This document shows, piece after piece, positions 55,424-64,000 of a stretch of 64,000 bases of DNA (positions are counted from its first letter, which is position 1; every line of letters begins with the position of its first letter). A program made the position numbers and the translations under genes. Below the pieces are notes generated by a model that saw nothing but the letters and a program-made list of their open reading frames with translations, ran no database searches and was not told where the DNA came from. The stretch covers positions 2,489-66,488 of the forward strand of contig JAEWQH010000009.1 of the NCBI GenBank assembly GCA_023399275.1. The letters run 5' to 3'. The DNA is from Bacillota bacterium (GTDB taxonomy: Bacteria > Bacillota > Clostridia > Christensenellales > CAG-138).

Positions 55424-57121
55424 ATGAACACATTTGAGAAGTACATCCCGTTTGAGCCGATCACGCTGCCGAACCGCACGTGGCCGGACAAGCGCATCAC
55501 GCGCGCCCCCGCCTGGTGCTCCGTCGACCTGCGGGACGGTAACCAGGCGCTCGTGGACCCGATGAGTGTGGAGGAGAAGCTGCGCCTGTTTCACACGCTC
55601 GTGGACGTCGGGCTCAAGGAGATCGAAGTCGGCTTCCCCTCGGCATCCGAAACCGAGTTCACCTTTATCCGCACGCTGATCGAGGGCGGCCATATCCCGG
55701 ACGACGTGACGATCCAGGTGCTGGTGCAGGCGCGCGCGCACCTGATCGAGCGGACCTTTGAGGCCATCGCCGGCGCAAAGAACGTGATCCTGCACTTCTA
55801 TAACTCCACCTCGACGCTCCAGCGCAAGGTCGTCTTCCGCATGGAGATGGACGGCATCGTGGGCATCGCGGTGGAGGCGGCGCGGCTGATCCGGACGCTG
55901 GCGGCGCCGGTGATCGCATCCGGCGTCAACCTGCGCTATGAATACTCGCCCGAGTCCTTTATGGGAACGGAGATGGACAACGCCGTTTTGATCTGCCGGC
56001 GCGTCATGGAGGAGCTCGGCGCAACGCCGGAGAACAAGATCATCCTCAACCTGCCCTCCACGGTGGAAAACTGCATGCCAAACTACTTTGCCGACGAGAT
56101 CGAATACTTCATCGGATCGCTGCCCAATCGGGGCAGTGCCATCATCTCGCTGCATCCGCATAACGACCGCGGCTGCGGCGTGGCGACCGCCGAGATGGGC
56201 CTGCTCGCAGGCGCAGACCGCGTGGAAGGCACGCTCTTTGGAAACGGCGAGCGCACGGGCAACGTAGATCTGGTCACGCTGGCCATGAATATGTTTACCC
56301 AGCGGATTGACCCCGAGCTGGATTTCTCCGACATCAACCGCGTCAAGGAAGTCTACGAAAGCGTCACCAGAATGCGGGTTGGCGAGCGCCAGCCCTACGC
56401 GGGCGAGCTGGTCTTCACCGCATTCTCCGGTTCCCATCAGGACGCGATCAACAAGGGCTTCCAATACATGAAGGAGACGAAGAGCGCGCTCTGGGAGGTG
56501 CCATATCTGCCGATCGACCCCGCCGACGTAGGGCGGCAGTACGAGCCGATCATCCGCATCAACAGCCAGTCCGGCAAGGGCGGCGCGGCGTTCATCATGC
56601 AGCAGAACTTCGGCTACGACCTGCCAAAGCCGATGCATCCCGAGTTTGGCTCGGTGGTGCAGAGGGAGACCGACCGGGTCGGCAAGGAGCTCAAGCCGGA
56701 GCGCGTGTTTGAGCTCTTCAAGACGGAGTATGTGGACATCGACGCGCCGTACCGGCTCGTTCGCCATTCGTTTGCGGAGACGACGGACGCCGAGGGCAAC
56801 TCCCACGTGTCCTTTGCGGGCACGCTCGCGCACAAAGACACGGTGTTCGAAGTGGCCGGCGAGGGCAACGGCCCCATCGACGCGTTCTTCAACGCCATCC
56901 GCGGGCAAAAGATGGATCGCTTTACGTTCATCGACTACAAGGAGCACGCCGTACGCAGCGGGTCGGACTCCATGGCGGTTGCATACATCCACCTGCGCGG
57001 GCAGGATGGCAAGGATGTCTTCGGCGTCGGCGTTTCGCACAACATCAGCCTGGCTCCCCTGCGCGGCATCCTCTCCGCCATCAACCGCGCAAAGCGGCTG
57101 GAGCACGCGTCAAAGGCGTAA
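55424..57121 (+). CDS. leuA: 2-isopropylmalate synthase (long, LeuA type 2)
   Basis: ORF trimmed to the ATG at 55424 (MNTFEKYIPFEPITLPNRTWPDKRITRAPAWCSVDLRDGNQAL…) after AGGAGG. 565 aa. HPHNDRG motif. Confidence 0.9.
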   Translation: MNTFEKYIPFEPITLPNRTWPDKRITRAPAWCSVDLRDGNQALVDPMSVEEKLRLFHTLVDVGLKEIEVGFPSASETEFTFIRTLIEGGHIPDDVTIQVLVQARAHLIERTFEAIAGAKNVILHFYNSTSTLQRKVVFRMEMDGIVGIAVEAARLIRTLAAPVIASGVNLRYEYSPESFMGTEMDNAVLICRRVMEELGATPENKIILNLPSTVENCMPNYFADEIEYFIGSLPNRGSAIISLHPHNDRGCGVATAEMGLLAGADRVEGTLFGNGERTGNVDLVTLAMNMFTQRIDPELDFSDINRVKEVYESVTRMRVGERQPYAGELVFTAFSGSHQDAINKGFQYMKETKSALWEVPYLPIDPADVGRQYEPIIRINSQSGKGGAAFIMQQNFGYDLPKPMHPEFGSVVQRETDRVGKELKPERVFELFKTEYVDIDAPYRLVRHSFAETTDAEGNSHVSFAGTLAHKDTVFEVAGEGNGPIDAFFNAIRGQKMDRFTFIDYKEHAVRSGSDSMAVAYIHLRGQDGKDVFGVGVSHNISLAPLRGILSAINRAKRLEHASKA

Positions 57122-57134
57122 GCGGGCGATATGC

Positions 57135-57167
57135 AAAGACGGCAGGCATACCGCCCGCCGTCTTTTG
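57135..57167. terminator. Terminator hairpin between leuA and the convergent htpG
   Basis: AAAGACGGC-13 nt-GCCGTCTTTT. Confidence 0.6.
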
Positions 57168-57178
57168 TTACCCTTCGA

Positions 57179-59059
57179 TTATACCATCAGCTCACAGATG
57201 GCGTTGGAGAACGCAACCGGATCTTCGACGGGCAGCCCCTCGATGAGCAGCGCCTGGTCGTAGAGCAGGTTTGCGTATTTGCCTACACGCGCGTCATCCG
57301 CCCCCAGCCCGGCGAGCACGCCGAACACCGGGTGCGCGGGGTTGATCTCCAGCACGCGCTCGGCCTTGACCGAGCCATCCGACACCGGCATGCTGGCGAG
57401 CACCTTCTCCATTTCGATGGAAAGCGGGCCGTCGCTGGTCAGGCACACGGGCGAGCTCTTGAGCCGGTCGCTCAGCCGCACGTCCTTGACCTTTCCGGCG
57501 AGCGCAGCCTTGAGCGCCGAGAGGATATCCTTGTGCTCCTCCTGCGCGCGTTCCTGCGCACGCTTCTCCTCGTCTGAAACGAGGTTGAGATCCGCGTCGG
57601 AGACCGACTTAAACGTCTTTTCCAGATAGGTACCGAGCATACGCACGGCAAATTCGTCCACATCGTCCGTCATGCAGAGGATATCGTAGCCCTGATCGCG
57701 CACGCGTTCGGTCTGCGGCAGCTTTACGGCGCGCTCCACCGTCTCCGCGCTGACATAGTAGATGTACTTTTGATCCTCTTTCATCGCGTCTACATATTCT
57801 TTGAGCGAGACGAGTTTGTTCTGCGCCGCGCTGTGGTAGAGCACGAGATCGGAGAGGAAATCCTTGTTCATGCCGTAGTCGCTGTACAGACCGTACTTGA
57901 TCGGCAGGCGAAAGCTTTTGTAGAACGCTTCATACTTCTCGCGGTCGTTGTCCATGAGCTTCTTAAGCTCGCTCTTGATCCGCTTTTTCAGCGTGACGGC
58001 GATGGTCTTGAGCTGTCGGTCGTGCTGCAGCAGTTCGCGCGAGATATTCAGCGACAGATCGCTCGAATCCACGAGCCCGCTGACAAAGCCGAAGTAGTCC
58101 GGCAGCAGGTCCGCGCATTTCTCCATGATCAGCACGCCGCTGGAATAGAGCTGCAAGCCGCGCTGAAACTCCTTGGCGTAGAAGTCGTAGGGCGGATTCT
58201 TCGGTATGAAGAGCAGCGCATCGTAGCTGACCACGCCCTCGCCGCTGAAGTGGATGGTGAGCAGCGGATCCTCGTAGTCGTGGAATTTGCTCTTGTAGAA
58301 CTCGTTGTAGTCCGCCTTCTTGAGTTCGCTCTTCGGCCGCTTCCAGAGCGGGATCATGCTGTTGAGCGTCTCATCCTCGGTGATGGTCTCCGTATCCTTC
58401 GGATCGCCGTTCTTCGGGCGCGTGTGCGTGGTCTCCATGCGGACAGGATAGCGGATATAGTCCGAATACTGCTTGACCAGCGAAGAGATCGTATACTGAT
58501 CGAGAAAGCGGTCATACTGTTCGTCGTCCGTGTTGGGTTTGATCTCGAGCGTGATGATCGTTCCGCTGTCGGGCTTCTCCGCCTTGGTGATGGTGTAGCC
58601 GTCGCGCCCCGCGCTCTCCCAGAGCCACGCCTCGTCGCTGCCATAGGCGCGCGAGAGCACCTTGACCTTATCCGCCACCATAAATGCCGAGTAGAACCCG
58701 ACGCCAAACTGACCGATGATATCCACCGCGTCGCCGGTATCATGCTCTTTTTTAAAAGCAAGCGTGCCGCTCTTGGCGATGGTGCCGAGGTTTTCGTCGA
58801 GCTCCTCCTTCGTCATGCCAATGCCGTTGTCGGCAAGGGTCAGGATGCGCTTGTCCTTATCCGCCGTGATGCGGATCTCGAAATCTTCGCGGTTTTTACC
58901 GACCTTGTCGTCCGTCAGCGAGAGGAAGTAGAGCTTATCGATCGCATCGCTGGCATTGCTGATGAGCTCGCGCAGAAAGATCTCCTTGTGCGTGTAGATG
59001 CTGTCGATCATCAGGTCGAGAATGCGCCTCGATTCCGCCTTGAATTGTTTCTTTGCCAT
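57179..59059 (-). CDS. htpG: Molecular chaperone HtpG (Hsp90)
   Basis: ORF trimmed to the ATG at 59059 (MAKKQFKAESRRILDLMIDSIYTHKEIFLRELISNASDA…), the canonical Hsp90 N-terminus. 626 aa. Confidence 0.9.
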   Translation of the reverse strand: MAKKQFKAESRRILDLMIDSIYTHKEIFLRELISNASDAIDKLYFLSLTDDKVGKNREDFEIRITADKDKRILTLADNGIGMTKEELDENLGTIAKSGTLAFKKEHDTGDAVDIIGQFGVGFYSAFMVADKVKVLSRAYGSDEAWLWESAGRDGYTITKAEKPDSGTIITLEIKPNTDDEQYDRFLDQYTISSLVKQYSDYIRYPVRMETTHTRPKNGDPKDTETITEDETLNSMIPLWKRPKSELKKADYNEFYKSKFHDYEDPLLTIHFSGEGVVSYDALLFIPKNPPYDFYAKEFQRGLQLYSSGVLIMEKCADLLPDYFGFVSGLVDSSDLSLNISRELLQHDRQLKTIAVTLKKRIKSELKKLMDNDREKYEAFYKSFRLPIKYGLYSDYGMNKDFLSDLVLYHSAAQNKLVSLKEYVDAMKEDQKYIYYVSAETVERAVKLPQTERVRDQGYDILCMTDDVDEFAVRMLGTYLEKTFKSVSDADLNLVSDEEKRAQERAQEEHKDILSALKAALAGKVKDVRLSDRLKSSPVCLTSDGPLSIEMEKVLASMPVSDGSVKAERVLEINPAHPVFGVLAGLGADDARVGKYANLLYDQALLIEGLPVEDPVAFSNAICELMV

Positions 59060-59097
59060 GAAAAGTGCGCCTCCGTCATGAATTGCAGATACATTTG

Positions 59098-59124
59098 TTA
59101 GCACTCTATATGAATGAGTGCTAA
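59098..59124. promoter_or_regulatory. CIRCE element (HrcA operator)
   Basis: TTAGCACTC-TATATGAAT-GAGTGCTAA is a perfect match to the consensus TTAGCACTC-N9-GAGTGCTAA. It lies between the htpG promoter and the start codon. Confidence 0.9.
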
Positions 59125-59127
59125 TCT

Positions 59128-59156
59128 AGCATACTACGCCGCCGGGCTGTTTTCAA
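59128..59156 (-). promoter_or_regulatory. htpG promoter
   Basis: Minus strand reads TTGAAA, 17 nt, TATGCT, ending 3 nt before CIRCE. Confidence 0.6.
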
Positions 59157-59196
59157 GCGCACGCGCGCGCTTCCACAATATGTTCACATTTACGCG

Positions 59197-59230
59197 CAAA
59201 AAAACAGGCGGGAAAACGCGTTTCCCGCCC
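59197..59230 (-). terminator. Rho-independent terminator after ftsH
   Basis: Minus strand reads GGCGGGAAA-CGCGT-TTTCCCGCC followed by TGTTTTTTT. Confidence 0.8.
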
Positions 59231-59244
59231 GCTGTATGTCTTCG

Positions 59245-61101
59245 TTACGCGTTGAGCTGCGCCGGCGTCCCGCCGGAAACCTCCTTGAGCACGCGCATGA
59301 ACTCTTCGCCCGTAATGGTCTCGCGCTCGAGCAGATGCGCCGCGAGCTTATGCAGCGCGGTCTCGTTCTCCTTGAGGATCTGCTTTGCGCGCTGGTGCGC
59401 ACGCTCCACGATGGCGATTACCTCCGCGTCCACACGCGCGGCGGTATCCGAGGAGCAGGTCATGGCGCCGTCCTGACTCAGGTACGGGTTGTTCTGGCAC
59501 TCAAGCGCGACCATGCCGAACGCGTCGCTCATGCCATAGCGAACGACCATGGCGCGCGCGATGCGCGTCGCCTGCTCGATGTCGTTGCTCGCACCCGTTG
59601 TGATGGTGCCAAACACGACCTCCTCGGCGGATCTGCCGCCGGTAAGGGTGGCGATCTTGTTCTCCGCCTCCTCACGCGTCATGAGATAATGCTCGCTCTC
59701 GTCCACCTGCATGGTGTAGCCGAGCGCCCCGCTCGTGCGCGGCACGATGGTGATCTTATGCACCGGCGCGCTCTCCGTCTGCTTGGCGGCGACGAGCGCG
59801 TGACCGATCTCGTGATAGGCGACGATGCGCTTCTCCTTGGGGGAGATGACTGCGTTCTTGCGCGCATAGCCGGCGATGACCACCTCCACGCTCTCCTCGA
59901 GGTCCGACTGCTCGACGATCTCGCGGTGCAAGCGCACGGCGCGCAGGGCGGCTTCGTTGATGATGTTGGCCAGGTCGGCGCCGGATGCGCCGCTGGTCGC
60001 GCGGGCGATCGCCTCGAAATCGACCGAGTCGGAGATCTTCACCCCGCGGGCATGCACCTTGAGGATGTCCGTGCGCCCCTTGAGATCGGGCAGCTCCACG
60101 TGGATGCGCCGGTCAAAGCGGCCCGGGCGCAAAAGCGCGGGATCGAGCGAGTCCGGCCGGTTGGTAGCGGCGAGGATGACGACGCCCTTTCGCGCATCGA
60201 ACCCGTCCATCTCGGTAAGCAGCTGGTTGAGCGTCTGCTCCCGCTCGTCGTTGCCGCCGATCGCACTGTCGCGCCGCTTGCCGATGGTATCTATCTCGTC
60301 GATGAATACGATGCAGGGCGCCTTCTGCTCCGCCTGGGAGAAGAGATCCCGCACCTTCGCCGCGCCCATGCCAACGAACATCTCGACAAAGTCCGAGCCG
60401 GAGATGCTGAAAAACGGTACGTTGGCCTCTCCCGCAACGGCTTTCGCCATGAGCGTCTTGCCCGTGCCCGGCGGGCCGACCAGCAGCGCGCCCTTGGGCA
60501 GCTTTGCGCCGATCTGCGCGTAGCGCTCGGGGTTGTGCAAAAAGTCAACGATCTCCAGCAGCGCCTCCTTTGCCTCGTCCTGCCCGGCGACGTCGTCGAA
60601 GGTCTTCCCCGTCTGCGCTTCGACATACACCTTGGCATTGGCCTTTCCGAAGGAGAGCGCGTTGCCGATGCCGCCCGGCATGCCGCTCTGCAGGCGCTTC
60701 ATCAAAAACTGACCAAGGCCGACAAAGATCAGAATCGGCAGCAGCCAGCTGATCAAAAAACTCATCAGCGGGCTCGCCTGTGTCGGGATGCTCGCGCTGA
60801 ACGTCACCCCCGCCTGATCCAGGCGATCGACCAGAGAGTCGTCCGGCCAGATGCCAGTCTCATAATAGAGCGTCTTGTCGCCTTCCTCACTGGTGAAGGT
60901 GATGGTTTGCGCGGTCTCGTCGCGGGAGACCTCGCTGACCTTGCCCGCATCCACCATGGAGAGAAACTCGTTGTAGCCGACCTCTTTGATCTCATTTTGC
61001 AGCAGCTGCGGGAATACGAACGCATTGAGCAGCAGCAGCGTGATCATCGCGATGATCGCATAGTAATAGATCGGCTTCTTGGACGGCGTGTGTTCTTTCA
61101 T
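59245..61101 (-). CDS. ftsH: ATP-dependent zinc metalloprotease FtsH
   Basis: 618 aa. N-terminal TMs, AAA+ Walker A GPPGTGKT, a second region of homology, and the HEIGHAL zinc site. Confidence 0.9.
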   Translation of the reverse strand: MKEHTPSKKPIYYYAIIAMITLLLLNAFVFPQLLQNEIKEVGYNEFLSMVDAGKVSEVSRDETAQTITFTSEEGDKTLYYETGIWPDDSLVDRLDQAGVTFSASIPTQASPLMSFLISWLLPILIFVGLGQFLMKRLQSGMPGGIGNALSFGKANAKVYVEAQTGKTFDDVAGQDEAKEALLEIVDFLHNPERYAQIGAKLPKGALLVGPPGTGKTLMAKAVAGEANVPFFSISGSDFVEMFVGMGAAKVRDLFSQAEQKAPCIVFIDEIDTIGKRRDSAIGGNDEREQTLNQLLTEMDGFDARKGVVILAATNRPDSLDPALLRPGRFDRRIHVELPDLKGRTDILKVHARGVKISDSVDFEAIARATSGASGADLANIINEAALRAVRLHREIVEQSDLEESVEVVIAGYARKNAVISPKEKRIVAYHEIGHALVAAKQTESAPVHKITIVPRTSGALGYTMQVDESEHYLMTREEAENKIATLTGGRSAEEVVFGTITTGASNDIEQATRIARAMVVRYGMSDAFGMVALECQNNPYLSQDGAMTCSSDTAARVDAEVIAIVERAHQRAKQILKENETALHKLAAHLLERETITGEEFMRVLKEVSGGTPAQLNA

Positions 61102-61165
61102 CTGGTTTGTTTCATCCTTATCTTATTCGCGGGGAAATCCGTATCCATCACATGCCGCCGGCGGC

Positions 61166-61717
61166 TCAGTCTCCCATGCCGTGGAACACGAGCTGTTCGG
61201 CCAGTGCGGCCATCTGCGCGGGCGTCTCCTTCATCTGCCGCTCAAACCATGCGCGGATCACGCCGGTAAAGCCGGAGGCGAGAAAGGAAAAGTAGTAGTC
61301 AAACTGCTCCGGATCCTTTTTCTGCTCCCGCTGCCAGTATTCCAGCACGCGATCGCGGATCATGTCGATGAGCTTGTTGAAGAACGCCATGTCACCGTTG
61401 CCACCGAGAAACGCGGCGCAGAGATCCGCATTGGCGGCGAAGAACTCAAACAGATCGAGCATCAGCGCGAGCGGCTCCTGCTGCAGCTCCTCGACCGGAT
61501 GCGCACGCACAATCTGCTCAAACTCGTCAAACACCTCTTGCTCTACCTGCTCTACCATGTCGTAGATGTCGCGATAGTGCAGATAGAACGTGCAGCGATT
61601 GATGTCCACAAGCTGTGCCAGTTCACGCACCGTAATGTCCTTGATGGGTTTTTCGCGCATGAGCTGCGTCAGCCCCGAGCGAAGCTGCATGCGCGTCTTG
61701 CGCACGCGGCGATCCAT
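61166..61717 (-). CDS. TetR/AcrR-family transcriptional regulator
   Basis: ORF trimmed to the ATG at 61717 (MDRRVRKTRMQLRSGLTQLMREKPIKDITVRELAQLVDINRCTFYLHY…). 183 aa. The RBS is weak, so the start is less certain. Confidence 0.75.
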   Translation of the reverse strand: MDRRVRKTRMQLRSGLTQLMREKPIKDITVRELAQLVDINRCTFYLHYRDIYDMVEQVEQEVFDEFEQIVRAHPVEELQQEPLALMLDLFEFFAANADLCAAFLGGNGDMAFFNKLIDMIRDRVLEYWQREQKKDPEQFDYYFSFLASGFTGVIRAWFERQMKETPAQMAALAEQLVFHGMGD

Positions 61718-61886
61718 TTTTTTACGTTCCAAGGGAGCTTGACCTCCGTTTAAAGATTGCGCCGGCTTGTCCGGCAAAAACAGCACTGCATCTAATATAT
61801 AGCATCGCTGCTCATAAATCAACACAGATGGATGGATCTGGTGTTAACGCAACGTGAACTCAACCAGAAACCATGCCCCGCCGCCG

Positions 61887-62915
61887 TCACTTCGGATGGC
61901 TTTGCTTATATTCCTTGACGCGCTGGCGGTAGAGCCCGGCGTTTTCTCCGGAATAGCCGATCAGGCAGTTCGGGTTGGCCGCATAGACCGCGCGCGCCGT
62001 CTCGGCGAGCACCGCGTCATTGACCGCGCGGGTGGCAAGCACAGCCGTCTTTCCGTCGGTAAGCCCGGCTATGATCTGCTTGGAAACAGGGATGCCGTAG
62101 CTGCGCTGCGTACGCTGGTAGATCCAGCCGATGTCCTCATACGGCAGCGCCCAGCCACTCGCCCCACTGAAGAAAAACCGCCGCGCGAGGATCAGCTTTG
62201 CCTTCGGAAAGGACACGCTCTCCGGCGAGGAGAACTCCCTCTCCGCCTCGTCGATCAAGCCCAGCTCATAGAGGCGGTTTTCACTCTTTTGAAAATTCTT
62301 GCGCATGCCGCTGCCCTGCAGCACGGCAATGACGAAAAACAGCCCGAAGAGCACGCCGCCGGCGATGAACGGATACGCGCCGTCATTGTGATCGTTTTCC
62401 CCTTCCGCAAGATAGTAGGAGCCGAAGTAACCCGTCACATCCGCAGCCTCCACCTCATACAGGGAAGCGAGCTCCAGCGCATCGTCCGATGTCAGGTAGC
62501 GCGTCGTCCCCGTCAGCCGAACGGGCAACGGATAGGAGTAGCTTGCGTAGTCCTCCGAAAAATAAGCCTCATAGGCGGCCTGCTGCTCGGAGAGCTTCCC
62601 GAGGGCGGCTTTGTCGAGGGAGAGGATGAACCAGTTGCCGTCGGGGTCCATCGCCTCGTAGAGTGTGTAGTCTTCGTCTCCGGATACGTCCAAAATCCAG
62701 TCTGAAACCAGCTGCGCATCCACATAGCAGTACGCGCCGCTTCCGAGTGAATACGCCATGCGCGCCGGCTCCTCCTGCGGCCTGGTGAACACGTACGCGG
62801 CTGCGAGGATCATGGCGCTGAGCAGCACGGCAAGTATGATCTGCCAAATGCGGAGTGCACGGCTGGGCGCCATAAACTCCGCCAGCGTCTGTTGTTTTAC
62901 TGTCTGTGTCTCCAT
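61887..62915 (-). CDS. Hypothetical two-TM membrane protein
   Basis: Coding-like composition. ATG at 62915 (METQTVKQQ…), or TTG at 62921/62924. TMs are IWQIILAVLLSAMILAAAYVF and FIAGGVLFGLFFVIAVL. I recognise no family. Confidence 0.55.
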   Translation of the reverse strand: METQTVKQQTLAEFMAPSRALRIWQIILAVLLSAMILAAAYVFTRPQEEPARMAYSLGSGAYCYVDAQLVSDWILDVSGDEDYTLYEAMDPDGNWFILSLDKAALGKLSEQQAAYEAYFSEDYASYSYPLPVRLTGTTRYLTSDDALELASLYEVEAADVTGYFGSYYLAEGENDHNDGAYPFIAGGVLFGLFFVIAVLQGSGMRKNFQKSENRLYELGLIDEAEREFSSPESVSFPKAKLILARRFFFSGASGWALPYEDIGWIYQRTQRSYGIPVSKQIIAGLTDGKTAVLATRAVNDAVLAETARAVYAANPNCLIGYSGENAGLYRQRVKEYKQSHPK

Positions 62916-63054
62916 TTTCAACAATTCCCCCCGTATCTGTCGTTCTGTTCAGTATACAGGACGCGCCTGCCTGCGTAAAGAACGCAGCGGGAAAACGTGA
63001 GTATGGCGGGCGCGCGCGGGCTATGCTAGAATGATTGCGGGAGGGCAACAATCC

Positions 63055-64000
63055 ATGCTGAAAATCGCGCAATGCTCCGATCTGTTTTACCCGATCACCG
63101 ATGGTGTAAGCCGCGTGGTAAACGCCTACGCGCGCGCGCTGAGCGCCCTCGGGCAGGAGGTCTATGTGATCACGCCGCTGGTTACGCAGGGGTACCGGGG
63201 CAGCCTGCCGTATGAGATACTCGATTACGTCGCGCTGACCCTCCCTGGCGGAGCGCAGCACCGGGCGACGTCCGCCCAGTTGGACATGCACTACCTCGCG
63301 CGCGTCAGTGCGCATACGTTCGACATCGTGCACGCGCATAGTCCCGGCACCGCCGGTATGGAGGCGGTGCGCCTTGCGGACAAATGCCATGTGCCGCTGG
63401 TCGGCACCTTTCATACGAAGTATATCCGCGAGTATCTGCTCAACATCAAGGACGAGCGGGAAAACCAGCTCTCCAAGTACTTTGCGCTGGATTTCTTCAG
63501 CCGTTGCGACGAGATATGGGTCGCCAGCGCGGAAGCGCGTTCGTTTCTGTACGAGCGCGGATTTGAGGGAAACATCGAAGTATTTGATAACGGCACCGAT
63601 ACCGAAGCGGCGGACGAGCATATGCGCCTTCGCGCACGGGAGCAGTTCCACCTCTCCGCAGCGCCCGCGCTGCTCTTTGCCGGCAGCCTTGAGCAGCAGA
63701 AAAACCTCGCGCGCGTCTTGGAGGCGGCGGCGCTGCTGCGCAGACGCGGCGTAAGCTTTCAGCTCCTCATTGCAGGTAGCGGGCCGGATGAGAAGCACGC
63801 GCGCGCTGTCGCGCGCGAACTCGGTCTGCTCGGCACCGTGCGCTTTTTGGGGCAGATCGCAGATGAGGCTCTGCTCGCCGGGCTCTATGCCGAGAGCGCG
63901 CTTTGCCTCTTCCCCACGCAGCGCATCAGCGCGGGGCTCGCCGTACGCGAGGCCGCCGTGCAGGGCACGCCCTCGCTGGTCATCGCCGGGAGCGTGCCGG
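63055..64000 (+). CDS. GT4-family glycosyltransferase (GT-B fold), 5' part; runs off the right edge
   Basis: Own translation from the ATG at 63055 after GGGAGGG: MLKIAQCSDLFYPITDGVSRVVNAYARALSALGQEVYVITP…IVHAHSPGTAG…LLFAGSLEQQKNL…. Absent from the ORF track because it is open at the edge. Confidence 0.8.
   Translation, partial: MLKIAQCSDLFYPITDGVSRVVNAYARALSALGQEVYVITPLVTQGYRGSLPYEILDYVALTLPGGAQHRATSAQLDMHYLARVSAHTFDIVHAHSPGTAGMEAVRLADKCHVPLVGTFHTKYIREYLLNIKDERENQLSKYFALDFFSRCDEIWVASAEARSFLYERGFEGNIEVFDNGTDTEAADEHMRLRAREQFHLSAAPALLFAGSLEQQKNLARVLEAAALLRRRGVSFQLLIAGSGPDEKHARAVARELGLLGTVRFLGQIADEALLAGLYAESALCLFPTQRISAGLAVREAAVQGTPSLVIAGSVP

Noticed and set aside
59236-61269. 677-aa plus-strand ORF (and similar ones at 57770..59101, 43583..44983, 49565..51367, 7313..8542, 15510..17081, 30689..32626, 31110..32744)
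   Set aside because: Each lies opposite or out of frame to a confidently assigned gene (ftsH, htpG, asnS, argS, the SBP, the kinase, yihQ/DASS). All have low-complexity Arg/Gly/Ala/His composition.
62569-63798. 409-aa minus-strand ORF
   Set aside because: It overlaps both the hypothetical membrane protein's 5' end and the well-supported plus-strand GT4 gene. Its composition is Arg-rich.

Overview
GC-rich bacterial chromosomal segment with Firmicutes/Clostridia hallmarks: GGAGG-type RBSs, two T-box leaders, a perfect CIRCE operator, a YesM/YesN-type two-component pair, and lipoproteins with Ala/Thr/Glu/Pro linkers. I can support about 52 protein-coding genes. I saw no rRNA, tRNA, CRISPR array, transposase or integrase. 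Left to right: (1) an L-fucose locus (FGGY kinase, fucU, fucI, LacI-type regulator, divergent sugar ABC importer) with three GAAACGTTTC-type operators; (2) a methyltransferase; (3) a BMP-family ABC importer; (4) a YesMN-like two-component system; (5) a PIG-L deacetylase/phosphodiester-glycosidase fusion divergent from an MraY paralog. (6) The most unusual part is a tightly packed five-gene minus-strand operon (28836 to 20666). It encodes a lipoprotein, a 4-TM protein, a divergent tubulin/FtsZ-like GTPase, a ~1100-aa protein with an Hsp70/actin-fold ATPase module, and a further membrane protein. I cannot assign it a function. (7) A sulfoquinovose-linked operon follows (acylating aldehyde dehydrogenase, SucCD-like ADP-forming CoA ligase, DASS transporter, YihQ-like GH31 sulfoquinovosidase) with a divergent ROK regulator. 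(8) A Cache-PAS-GGDEF cyclase is followed, in the same frame, by a GtrA-family ORF that has no canonical start codon. (9) Housekeeping genes: YitT, M29 aminopeptidase, YugP, asnS, Fe-ADH, serS, argS, T-box-ileS, T-box-leuA, CIRCE-htpG, ftsH. (10) A TetR regulator, a hypothetical membrane protein and a partial GT4 glycosyltransferase. Many long ORFs in the track are GC-driven antisense artefacts and were not annotated.
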